A DNA stretch of 64,000 nucleotides from Candidatus Latescibacterota bacterium (GTDB lineage: Bacteria; Latescibacterota; UBA2968), in the NCBI GenBank assembly GCA_965204745.1, contig OZ242010.1, positions 1,600,001 through 1,664,000 of the forward strand. Direction: 5' to 3'. The notes under the pieces were generated by a model. It was not told the origin of the DNA. It did not search any database and saw only the letters and a list, made by a program, of their open reading frames with translations. Positions 1-8,891 of the stretch are shown here, in pieces; the first letter of the stretch is position 1; each line of letters opens with the position of its first letter. Position numbers and translations under genes: made by a program.

Positions 1-392
1 TGAAGCCGTTGCTCGCTCGGCGCTTGCCAAGGCACAAAAGGCATGCGCTCGGCATAGTCGAGGATCAACAACGCATCCTTCGCATCCGTCTTCGCCCGTT
101 GCATGCAGGCTTGGGCGTACTTGCTCATCGCTTTGGGATTGACGACCATGACCTTTGTGTGGCGATGCCGATGCAAGGCCAAGGCCACCCCCAAACTGTA
201 AAGCCCGGTCGCTTCGAGGCACACAGAGACCATGTGCCCGCCCTTCGTGAGCCACTTCAGCAACCGCTTATGCGCTTGGGGATCATTGGCAAAGGTCGCT
301 TGCATGACAGCTTGTCCGGGTCTGGACAGGGCAACGGACAACGTGCGGGCACTGACATCAATGCCGGCAAAAGCGGGGTGAGATTTCGACAT
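1..392 (-). CDS. IS110-family transposase/recombinase, N-terminal RuvC-like DEDD domain (partial)
   Basis: Own translation, absent from ORF track: MSKSHPAFAGIDVSARTLSVA...VCLEATGLYS...VMVVNPKA...RAKTDAKDALLI; GGAGG RBS upstream; open to window edge. Confidence 0.92.
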   Translation of the reverse strand, partial: MSKSHPAFAGIDVSARTLSVALSRPGQAVMQATFANDPQAHKRLLKWLTKGGHMVSVCLEATGLYSLGVALALHRHRHTKVMVVNPKAMSKYAQACMQRAKTDAKDALLILDYAERMPFVPWQAPSEQRL

Positions 393-454
393 GGGGGCCT
401 CCTGTGATGAGGGGGTTGTAAGGGATCTGGTGCGCGCTCGGGGTCGCGTCCCGA

Positions 455-630
455 CCATTGACGCCAAGTCTACCGGTCTTGTATATGCAGCCTCAAGGGG
501 CTTAGATACTCTTCGGCATAGACCCGGCGGTCGGGGGGCCTATCTTACCTACAAGGTCATCGCCTTCAAGAGGGGCCGGCCTTCCCCGAGCCGGGCATCA
601 AGATGGCTTATCTCGATACGAGGGCGCAAC
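455..630 (-). ncRNA. Putative IS110 bridge RNA (ends approximate)
   Basis: Minus strand: 5' hairpin; target loop GGCCCCTCT-tg-aagg..cctt-gt-AGGTAAG; donor loop AGAGTATCT...ATACAAG; ATACAAG is the reverse complement of the element end CTTGTAT. Confidence 0.75.
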
Positions 631-660
631 TCCTAATTAACCCTTACTTCCAAGATACAA

Positions 661-762
661 GAGGTAAGAGGTAAGAGGTAAGAGGTAAGAGGTAAGAGGT
701 AAGAGGTAAGAGGCAAGAGGCAAGAGGTAAGAGGTAAGAGGTAAGAGGTAAGAGGTAAGAGG
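661..762. repeat. Heptamer tandem repeat (GAGGTAA)x14, two units GAGGCAA
   Basis: Directly visible. Confidence 0.97.
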
Positions 763-900
763 GCCACCCAACCCGACCACCAAGCGGTTAGCAGTTCGTT
801 ACCCGATCCTATCCCCATTACCCGGACAGGCCGTGTTCAATCCTTTGAAACCGCGTTCATCCGCGCTTCGGTTTCTTGGTTGTCCTTACACCGCGCACGC

Positions 901-929
901 AGTAGGGGGCTATAATTATAGCCCCTACT
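901..929. repeat. GTAG-type REP-like palindrome
   Basis: AGTAGGGGGCTATAATTATAGCCCCTACT; perfect 20-bp palindromic core flanked by GTAG/CTAC. Confidence 0.65.
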
Positions 930-1034
930 CACAGCGACGACGAGGGAACTTGACGGAGGTCTTGGAAGCGGCTATCTTGGGCATGACAGGTTCCTGCTGA
1001 GAAAGGGTGCGTTGTTTCGGTGGCAAATATGCCC

Positions 1035-1129
1035 AATCTACGAAGGAGCCTATCTTTTTGCAACTTTGCCCCCTCTGCGCTCGAGATCGCAGATACCGAA
1101 ATCTACGAAGGAGCCTGTCTTTTTGCAAC
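1035..1129. repeat. Two 30-bp direct repeats separated by 35 bp
   Basis: AATCTACGAAGGAGCCT(A/G)TCTTTTTGCAAC at 1035-1064 and 1100-1129. Confidence 0.85.
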
Positions 1130-1195
1130 CCCCAAACTAGCTATTTATGCAACAACGCCACTGACCACTGACCGCCTGAATGCGAATCGACGACC

Positions 1196-2578
1196 ATGGC
1201 CAAACCACTTGAAACCACCGCAGAGCCTACCCCTCGCAAAGTCGATTTTTCCCTGACCCGGAAAATCCTCTCCATGACCTTCCCTGTCGCGCTGGGCGGG
1301 CAAATCGAAACGGCTGTGGGGATGGCGCAACTCTTCTTGATCGGCATGCTCGGCCCCGTGGCCCTGTCCGCCGTGGGGATTGCACAGGCATTTACGCGCG
1401 TCTTGTTCACCGCGATGATGTCCATTTCGCGGGGCGCGCTCACAATGGTCGCACGGGCCATTGGCGCGGATTCCATGCGCGAGGCCAGTGCCGCGGCAAA
1501 GCAGGCGTTCACCCTGCTGTTCGCGTTCAGCATCGCGTTTGGCGTGGGTAGCCTGATTTTGTCGCCCTTCCTCATTCCCGCGCTGACCTCTGACCCGGAA
1601 GTGGCGGCTTTGGGCACGCCCTACTTGCAGGTCTTCTTTCTCGGCGTCCCCTTCATGACCCTGAACCGCGCGATAGCGAGTTGTTTGCAAGGCGCGGGCG
1701 ATACGCGCACCCCGTTCTTCTTAAGCCTCGTCAGCAGCAGCATTCAAATCGCGATGGCGTACGTCTTGATTTTCGGCTATTGGGGATTTCCAGAATTAGG
1801 CGTCGTGGGCGCGGCTATAGGTGGGTTTATGGGACGCTGTGCCGCGACCCTGATTGGATTTGCCTGTCTTTACAGCGGGCGGTTTGCCCTCGCGCTTCTG
1901 CCGGATACGTCCTACCGCTTCAACTGGGAGGTGGCGCGGCGCATCCTCAAAATCGGCGTGCCTTCCGGGCTTCAGGGCATTTTACGCAATGGCTCCGGGT
2001 TGGTGTACATCCGCCTCATCGCCATGTCCGCGCTTTCGACCACGGCGGTCGCCGCGTACTCGATAGGGAATCAGGTGGAACACATCTTGCGCCGAACCGG
2101 GCTGGCTTTTGGCACGGTTGCCACGGCCTTTGTGGGGCAGCATCTCGGCGCGAAAGACCCGGCAGGCGCGGAGCGTCACGGGTGGACCATCCTCGTCATC
2201 TCCGTCGCGACAAACCTCATTCTCTCCCTGCCCGCCGCGCTGTTTGCGGGATTTTTCATGTCCATCTTCACAGACGCGCACGCGGTCATCAGCACAGGCG
2301 TGGTCTATCTCTACGCGATGGTCATTGCCGAACCCTTTTTGTGCGCGGCCAATACCAGCAGCGGCAGCCTCAGAGGCGCGGGCGATACCATGCCTCCGAT
2401 GTACTACACCCTGATCGCCCAATGGATCGTACGCCTGCCCATCGCCTATATTTTGGGCTTCACCCTCGGCTTTGACATCCACGGCATTTGGGCCGCGCTC
2501 ATCATCTACAGCACCGTGCAAGGCACGCTCACCATCCGCAAATTCGCGCAGGGCCACTGGAAAACGCGAGAGATTTAG
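1196..2578 (+). CDS. MATE family efflux transporter
   Basis: 460 aa, ~12 hydrophobic segments, two halves with GAGDTRTP / GAGDTMPP motifs. Confidence 0.92.
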   Translation: MAKPLETTAEPTPRKVDFSLTRKILSMTFPVALGGQIETAVGMAQLFLIGMLGPVALSAVGIAQAFTRVLFTAMMSISRGALTMVARAIGADSMREASAAAKQAFTLLFAFSIAFGVGSLILSPFLIPALTSDPEVAALGTPYLQVFFLGVPFMTLNRAIASCLQGAGDTRTPFFLSLVSSSIQIAMAYVLIFGYWGFPELGVVGAAIGGFMGRCAATLIGFACLYSGRFALALLPDTSYRFNWEVARRILKIGVPSGLQGILRNGSGLVYIRLIAMSALSTTAVAAYSIGNQVEHILRRTGLAFGTVATAFVGQHLGAKDPAGAERHGWTILVISVATNLILSLPAALFAGFFMSIFTDAHAVISTGVVYLYAMVIAEPFLCAANTSSGSLRGAGDTMPPMYYTLIAQWIVRLPIAYILGFTLGFDIHGIWAALIIYSTVQGTLTIRKFAQGHWKTREI

Positions 2579-5500
2579 CCGCCTGCCAACACCTCCTTCA
2601 AAAACCGCCCGGTGTGCGAGGCGGTGACAGCGGCCACCTCCTCGGGCGTGCCGCAGGCGATCAGGTCGCCGCCCGCATCGCCGCCTTCCGGCCCCAAATC
2701 GATCACCCAATCCGCGGTCTTGATCACATCCAAATTGTGCTCGATCACAATCGCTGTATTGCCCGCATCCACGAGGCGATTGAGCACGTCGAGCAACTTT
2801 TGAATATCGGCGACGTGCAAGCCCGTGGTCGGTTCGTCCAAAATATAAACCGTCTGCCCGGTATTCGGGCGGGCCAATTCGCGGGCGAGTTTCACGCGCT
2901 GTGCCTCGCCGCCCGAAAGCGTGGTCGACGCCTGCCCCATTTCGAGATAGCCCAGGCCCACGTCAAACAGCGTTTGCAAGGACCGCGCAATGCCGGGCAC
3001 GGTAGCGAAATGCGCGAGGGCCTCTGCCACGTTCATCGCCAGCACCTCCGCGATAGACGCGCCCTTGTACGTTATGTCGAGCACGTCTCGGTTGTACCGC
3101 TTTCCGCCGCAAAGCTCGCACTGCACCCACACATCCGGCAAGAAGTGCATCTCGATACAGCGCGCGCCCAACCCCGCGCACGCATCGCACCGCCCGCGCT
3201 TGTGGTTAAAACTAAAATGCCCGGCCAAAAACCCGCGCACTTGGGCATTGGGCAGGCTGGCGTATAGCTGGCGGATCTTGTCGAACACCTTCACATACGT
3301 CGCCGGATTGCTGCGCGGCGAATGCCCTATCGGGGTCTGGTCGATGTTGATCACCTTATCCACCAGTTCCAAGCCCATCGCATCGTCGTGTTCCCCCCAC
3401 GCATTTCGCGCCTTGTTCACGCGGGCCGCGAGCGCGCCGAACAACACGTCATTGACGAGCGAACTCTTGCCCGAGCCGGAAACCCCGGTCACGCACGTCA
3501 ACGTGCCCAAGGGGAATGCCACATCCACATTTTTCAAATTGTTGTGCCGTGCGCCCCGGATGCACAACGCGCCATTCCCCGCCTCGCGCCGCGCTTCGGG
3601 CACTGCGATCTGCAACGCGCCGGACAGATAGCGCGCCGTCGATGACCCATTGTCGCCGTGCAAGGTGTGCGGAGCGCCCGTAGCCACAACGCGCCCGCCT
3701 TCACCCCCCGCGCCCGGGCCAAAATCCAAAATGTGATCCGCTTTGGTCAAGGTCTCGCGGTCGTGTTCCACAACGAGCAGGGAATTGCCCAAATCGCGCA
3801 GCCGCGCCAACGCGCCCAACAACCGCCGGTTGTCGCGCTGATGCAGGCCAATGGTCGGCTCGTCGAGCACGTAGAGCACCCCGGTCAGCCCAGAGCCGAT
3901 CTGACTCGCCAAGCGAATGCGCTGCGCCTCACCCCCGGACAGGGTGGGGGCGCGCCGTCCCAAATTCAAATAGCCCAGGCCCACCTCGTGGAGAAAGCGC
4001 GCCCGGCTCTGAATCTCGGACAACACCTCGCCCGCGGCCTCGCGCGCCTGCCCGGTCAGTGCCATCGCGTCGAACCACGCGCGCACATCCGCTATCGGCA
4101 TCGCCGCCACCTCGGGCATCGTCTTTCCAAAAAGCCGAACGGCCGCGCTCTCTGCCCGCAACCGCACGCCCTTGCAGGTCGGGCACGGCACATCTTGGAT
4201 AAATTCGCCCATCAGCCGGCGAAACCGCGGCGCCTGGCGCACCAGCGCGTCAAGGGTTGGAAACAACCCCTTAAACTGGAACGCGATCCGGTCGGGGCCT
4301 TTCAACCATCGCTCGCCCAACCCGTACAAAATCGCGTGTTGCCCCTGTTGTGAGATGCGCGCAAACGGCGTGTCGAGCGCGAAGCCCGCGGCCTCGCCCA
4401 CCGCAGACAACATGCGACCTAGCGGCGTGGTCGCCCCCACCTCGCCCCATGCGAGCACCGCGCCCTCGGCCAATGACTTGTGGACATCCGGTATCAGGGT
4501 GTGGAGTCCCATGCCGCGTTGCGTGCCGAGCCCCTCGCACGCCAAACACCACCCTTCGTAACTGTTGAACGACATCCGCTGTGGGATGATCGCCTCGAAA
4601 CTCCGGCCGCATGACGGGCACGACAAGTGCTGGCTGAACCGCGTCTCCTCCTCGTCATCCGGCGACGCGACGATCAAAATCCCCCCGGAAATATCCAATG
4701 CGCGCTCTGCGGACTCGGCGATGCGCTTGCGATTCTTCTCTTCCGCGACCACGCGATCCACCAAAATCTCGACCCGATGCGACTGCCGGTAATCGATCTC
4801 CGGCGGCGTTGCCAACTCAAAAACCCTGCCATCGAGCCTGCCGCGCAAATACCCATCCCGCCGAAAGCGGTTGAGCAAGCTGGCGTAATCCTCCCCCTTG
4901 CCGAGGTCCACCGGCGCGAGCAGGTATAAGCGTCGCCCCAGTTTCAGCACGCGATCCACGATCTCGGCCACGGCTTGGCTGCCGGCCTTTGCGTCGCACT
5001 CCGGGCAATACACATCGCCCAACAGCGCGTACAATGCCCGCAGATAATCGTACACCTCGGTCACCGTGCCCACGGTCGAGCGCGGGTTCTTGCTCGCGGC
5101 CTTTTGCTCAATCGCTATCGCGGGCGACAAGCCCAACACGCGATCCACCTTGGGCTTGGGCATTCGCCCCAAAAATTGCCGCGCATAAGCCGAGAGGGAT
5201 TCCACGTATCGCCTTTGCCCCTCGGCGTAAATCGTATCGAGTGCCAGCGAGGATTTGCCCGAACCGGACACCCCGGAAATCACGGTCATTTTCTCGCGCG
5301 GAATGGACACATCCACGTCTTGCAAATTGTTCTCCCGCGCGCCCCAGACGTCAATCGTGCGAACCCGTCCGTGCGCCCGCATCCGGTCCGCCTCGTCCGC
5401 GACCACCGGCGTTCGCGCCAACACCTCGCCCAGGGCGCGCCCGGTGTGGGACTCGGGGGACTCGGCCAATTGTTCCGGCGTGCCCACGCCCAGCACTCGC

Positions 5501-8226
5501 CCGCCTGCTTCCCCGCCTTCCGGCCCCAGGTCGATCACCCAATCCGCAGTCTTAATCACGTCCAAATTGTGTTCGATCACCACCACGGAATTGCCCATAT
5601 CCACCAACCTGTGCAGCACGTCTAACAGATTTTGAATATCGGCAAAATGCAGGCCCGTGGTCGGCTCGTCCAAAATGTACAGGGTCTTGCCCGTGCTCTT
5701 GCGGCACAATTCCTTTGACAACTTGACCCGTTGGGCCTCGCCGCCGGACAGGGTGGGCGCGGGTTGCCCCAAGCGCACGTACCCCATTCCCACGTCGACC
5801 AGGGTTTGCAACACTCGGGAGATGCGCGGGATCGCCTGAAAAAACGCATGGGCCTCCAAAACCTCCATCTCCAGCACGTCCGCAATGGACTTGCCCTTGT
5901 AACGCACGTCCAATGTCTCGCGCTTAAAACGCCGTCCCTCGCACACCGGGCACGTCACCCACACATCCGCCAAAAAATCCATCTCCACCAAATTCGCGCC
6001 ATTGCCCTTGCACGCCTCGCACCGCCCGCCCTTCACATTAAAACTGAATCGCCCGGGCTTGTACCCGCGCACCTTGGACTCGGGCAACTCGGCAAACAAC
6101 GCGCGAATCGGGTCAAAAACACCCGTATAGGTCGCCGCATTGCTGCGCGGCGTGCGCCCGATAGGCTGCTGGTCGATCTCGATGACCTTGTCCAAATGCT
6201 CGATGCCCTCGATGCAGCGGTGCGCGCCGCGCGCCACCTCTGCGCGATTGAGTGCCCGCGCCAGGGCCGGATAGAGAATATCCGCAATCAGCGATGATTT
6301 GCCCGAACCGGACACGCCCGTAACGCAAGTGAACGCGCTGACCGGGATTTTCACGTCGATGTTTTTCAGATTGTTTTGCCGCGCGCCCCGTATCCAGATC
6401 CCCTGGTCCGACACGGCCCGCCTTTGCGGGATGCGGATTTTCCTCTTCCCGGCCAGATACGCCCCGGTCGCGGACCGCGTGCGCCGCGCCACCTGCTTCC
6501 ACGATCCCTCGGCGACCACGCACCCGCCCGTGTGCCCCGCGCCCGGCCCAAAATCCACCACCCGGTCCGCGCGTCTCATCGCGTCTTCATCGTGTTCCAC
6601 CACGATGACCGTATTGCCCACATCCCGCAGTCGGCACAGCGCGTCGAGCAGTCGGCGGTTGTCGCGGTGATGCAGGCCAATCGACGGCTCGTCCAACACG
6701 TACGTCACCCCGACCAAGCCGGAGCCGATCTGACTCGCCAAGCGAATGCGCTGCGCCTCGCCCCCGGACAGGGTCGGCGCCGTGCGATCCAGCGCGAGAT
6801 AATCCAGCCCCACGTCCAACAGAAATCGCAACCGCCCGACAATTTCCTTCAATGCGTCCTCGGCGATCCGCGCCTGCACTTCGGTCAGTTTGAGCGAAGT
6901 AAAAAAAGCGTGCGCCTCGGCGACCGTCATCGCCGCGACCTCGGGCAGGTTCTCGCCTTCGATCTCGACCGAGAGGGCTTCGGGCTTTAAGCGTGCGCCG
7001 CGGCATTTGGGACATTTGCCCACGCGCATAAACGGCGCCAACCGCTTGCGGATCAGGGGGCTGCGCCCCTCGGCAAATTGTCGTTCCAGCGGTGGCAAAA
7101 TCCCCTCGAAAACATCGCGGTGGCGTTTCACACTGCCATTGCTCCGCCGCCATTCAAAGATCATCTCGCCCTCGATGCCGTATAACAACGCCCGTTGTCC
7201 CTTGCGTGAAATGCGTTGCCACGGCACGTCCAAGGTCGCGCCATAGCGTTTCAACACGCCCGCGTAATAGTGGTTCTTCCACCGGTTTTTGGGGATGCCC
7301 AACGGCGCGATAGCGCCCTTGCGTACGGACAGCGTGGGATCGGCTACGACCTTGTCGAGATCCATCGCAACGCGCGTACCCAAGCCGTGACAGCCGGGGC
7401 ACATCCCCTGCGGGCTGTTGAACGAAAACAACTGCGGCACGGGTTCCTGCGCGCTGCGCCCGCACTTGGGACAGGAAAAATGCGTGCTCAACAACAGATC
7501 GTCCGCCCCCTCTGCGCTGACGATCACCGCGCCCTTGCCCATCAGCAACCCGGCATCTACGGCCTCGCCGATGCGCGCCCGCGCGTCCTCTTTGACCGCG
7601 ATCCTGTCGATCACCACCTCGATATCGTGTCGGATATAGCGTTCCAATTTTGGGGTCTCGGTCAGTGCCGCCACTCGCCCATCCACGCGCACGCGGATGT
7701 ACCCCTCCTTTTGCAAATTCTCAAACAGATCGCGGTACTCCCCTTTGCGGCCCTGCACTAGTGACGCCATGATGTGAATGCGCGTGCCCTCGCCCAATGC
7801 CATGATGCGATCCACGATGCCATCGCGCGTTTGCGCCCCTATCGGCGTGTGGTCATACACGCAATGCGGCGTGCCCACCCGCGCAAACAGCACGCGCAAG
7901 TAGTCGTAGATTTCCGTGATCGTGCCCACAGTAGATCGGGGGTTGCGCCCCGCGGTCTTTTGCTCGATAGAAATCGTCGGCGACAAGCCCGTGATCTGAT
8001 CCACTTCGGGCTTTTCCATCTGCCCCAAAAATTGCCGCGCATACGCCGATAACGACTCGACATACCGCCGCTGCCCTTCGGCGTAAATCGTATCAAACGC
8101 CATCGACGACTTGCCCGAACCCGAAACACCCGTAAAACAGATCAAGGCGTGTCGGGGCAACGTCAGGTCCACATTCTGCAAATTGTGAACCCGCGCGCCC
8201 TTCACGACGATATTCTTTGTCTCCAT
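2575..8226 (-). CDS. uvrA: Excinuclease ABC subunit A, tandem double-length (UvrA-UvrA fusion, ~1883 aa)
   Basis: Four GVSGSGKSS Walker A, four LSGGEAQR signatures, two DTIYAEGQRRYVESLSAYARQFLG motifs, CxxC zinc modules; start moved to METKN with GAGGT RBS. Confidence 0.95.
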   Translation of the reverse strand: METKNIVVKGARVHNLQNVDLTLPRHALICFTGVSGSGKSSMAFDTIYAEGQRRYVESLSAYARQFLGQMEKPEVDQITGLSPTISIEQKTAGRNPRSTVGTITEIYDYLRVLFARVGTPHCVYDHTPIGAQTRDGIVDRIMALGEGTRIHIMASLVQGRKGEYRDLFENLQKEGYIRVRVDGRVAALTETPKLERYIRHDIEVVIDRIAVKEDARARIGEAVDAGLLMGKGAVIVSAEGADDLLLSTHFSCPKCGRSAQEPVPQLFSFNSPQGMCPGCHGLGTRVAMDLDKVVADPTLSVRKGAIAPLGIPKNRWKNHYYAGVLKRYGATLDVPWQRISRKGQRALLYGIEGEMIFEWRRSNGSVKRHRDVFEGILPPLERQFAEGRSPLIRKRLAPFMRVGKCPKCRGARLKPEALSVEIEGENLPEVAAMTVAEAHAFFTSLKLTEVQARIAEDALKEIVGRLRFLLDVGLDYLALDRTAPTLSGGEAQRIRLASQIGSGLVGVTYVLDEPSIGLHHRDNRRLLDALCRLRDVGNTVIVVEHDEDAMRRADRVVDFGPGAGHTGGCVVAEGSWKQVARRTRSATGAYLAGKRKIRIPQRRAVSDQGIWIRGARQNNLKNIDVKIPVSAFTCVTGVSGSGKSSLIADILYPALARALNRAEVARGAHRCIEGIEHLDKVIEIDQQPIGRTPRSNAATYTGVFDPIRALFAELPESKVRGYKPGRFSFNVKGGRCEACKGNGANLVEMDFLADVWVTCPVCEGRRFKRETLDVRYKGKSIADVLEMEVLEAHAFFQAIPRISRVLQTLVDVGMGYVRLGQPAPTLSGGEAQRVKLSKELCRKSTGKTLYILDEPTTGLHFADIQNLLDVLHRLVDMGNSVVVIEHNLDVIKTADWVIDLGPEGGEAGGRVLGVGTPEQLAESPESHTGRALGEVLARTPVVADEADRMRAHGRVRTIDVWGARENNLQDVDVSIPREKMTVISGVSGSGKSSLALDTIYAEGQRRYVESLSAYARQFLGRMPKPKVDRVLGLSPAIAIEQKAASKNPRSTVGTVTEVYDYLRALYALLGDVYCPECDAKAGSQAVAEIVDRVLKLGRRLYLLAPVDLGKGEDYASLLNRFRRDGYLRGRLDGRVFELATPPEIDYRQSHRVEILVDRVVAEEKNRKRIAESAERALDISGGILIVASPDDEEETRFSQHLSCPSCGRSFEAIIPQRMSFNSYEGWCLACEGLGTQRGMGLHTLIPDVHKSLAEGAVLAWGEVGATTPLGRMLSAVGEAAGFALDTPFARISQQGQHAILYGLGERWLKGPDRIAFQFKGLFPTLDALVRQAPRFRRLMGEFIQDVPCPTCKGVRLRAESAAVRLFGKTMPEVAAMPIADVRAWFDAMALTGQAREAAGEVLSEIQSRARFLHEVGLGYLNLGRRAPTLSGGEAQRIRLASQIGSGLTGVLYVLDEPTIGLHQRDNRRLLGALARLRDLGNSLLVVEHDRETLTKADHILDFGPGAGGEGGRVVATGAPHTLHGDNGSSTARYLSGALQIAVPEARREAGNGALCIRGARHNNLKNVDVAFPLGTLTCVTGVSGSGKSSLVNDVLFGALAARVNKARNAWGEHDDAMGLELVDKVINIDQTPIGHSPRSNPATYVKVFDKIRQLYASLPNAQVRGFLAGHFSFNHKRGRCDACAGLGARCIEMHFLPDVWVQCELCGGKRYNRDVLDITYKGASIAEVLAMNVAEALAHFATVPGIARSLQTLFDVGLGYLEMGQASTTLSGGEAQRVKLARELARPNTGQTVYILDEPTTGLHVADIQKLLDVLNRLVDAGNTAIVIEHNLDVIKTADWVIDLGPEGGDAGGDLIACGTPEEVAAVTASHTGRFLKEVLAGG

Positions 8227-8346
8227 AAAAACCTCACATAAAAAAAACCCATGACAAAACATATCATGGGCTTTATTTTTTTCAAGTCAACAAAGCGATA
8301 AAAAAAAACGCTAACCAGATCAACGCAAAGGGGTTCGGAAAGCACG

Positions 8347-8613
8347 TCAATAGCCCTCTTTGTGGGGGTCCCAACCAAATGCCTCGATCATGGTCTGTCG
8401 ATCCAAGCGCAACGCGCCGAAGCGAAGGCGAATTTCCCGATCATCTGCTTTGGGATACCGACTGCGAATGCCCGCGACTGCGAGATCCGTACACGCCTGA
8501 GAGAGTTGAGATATTTTTTCGGCTTTCTCGTGCGGCGTCATGCGCCGATACGCTTCAATGAGCAGGCGTTCCACTTTGAAGCTGGTATCGTGCGATTGTG
8601 TTTTGTAAGCCAT
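8347..8613 (-). CDS. Small hypothetical protein (88 aa), resembling antitoxin-like partners of minimal nucleotidyltransferases
   Basis: MAYKTQSHDTSFKVERLLIEAYRRMTPHEK...GIRSRYPKADDREIRLR; family assignment from recall only. Confidence 0.6.
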   Translation of the reverse strand: MAYKTQSHDTSFKVERLLIEAYRRMTPHEKAEKISQLSQACTDLAVAGIRSRYPKADDREIRLRFGALRLDRQTMIEAFGWDPHKEGY

Positions 8614-8640
8614 ACCATGCCATACCATGCCATACCATGC
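8611..8640. repeat. (CATACCATGC)x3 tandem repeat over the start region of the small gene
   Basis: Directly visible. Confidence 0.85.
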
Positions 8641-8830
8641 TCCAGCGACAGCGATTTGGACTTTGAATTTTAATATCTGAGGATATTTCGCCGATGTTCC
8701 TTCGGTGTCCAATTTGGATATCGCATCATCAACCCGTCTTCAACACATTCCGCGTTCCCCCGTTCAGGGGGTTAGGGTAAGCCTACGTAGCAGTTCAATA
8801 TAGCGATTTTGAGTTGCAAAGTCTATTTTC

Positions 8831-8866
8831 AAAAAAAGGTCGGATGGACTGATTGCCCATCCGACC
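8831..8866 (-). terminator. Intrinsic terminator of the TBDR/beta-helix operon
   Basis: GGTCGGATGG/CCATCCGACC stem followed by T7 on the minus strand. Confidence 0.8.
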
Positions 8867-8891
8867 CGTTGACAAACCCGTTGTGTCGAGG

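Larger units (their letters stand above)
1..661 (-). mobile_element. IS110-family (IS621-like) insertion sequence: left end, non-coding region and 5' part of the recombinase (rest lies outside the window)
   Basis: Minus-strand DEDD recombinase ORF from 392, ~265 bp upstream non-coding end with bridge-RNA architecture, and a boundary reading CT|TGTAT (661-655) abutting the heptamer repeat. Confidence 0.85.

Noticed and set aside
9-818. ORF-track ORFs 9-407, 391-636 and 633-818
   Set aside because: Antisense to the IS110 recombinase, within its non-coding end, or a translation of the heptamer repeat
925-985. Short minus-strand ORF MPKIAASKTSVKFPRRRCE
   Set aside because: Only 19 aa, ends in the REP palindrome, no recognisable family; may be a gene remnant
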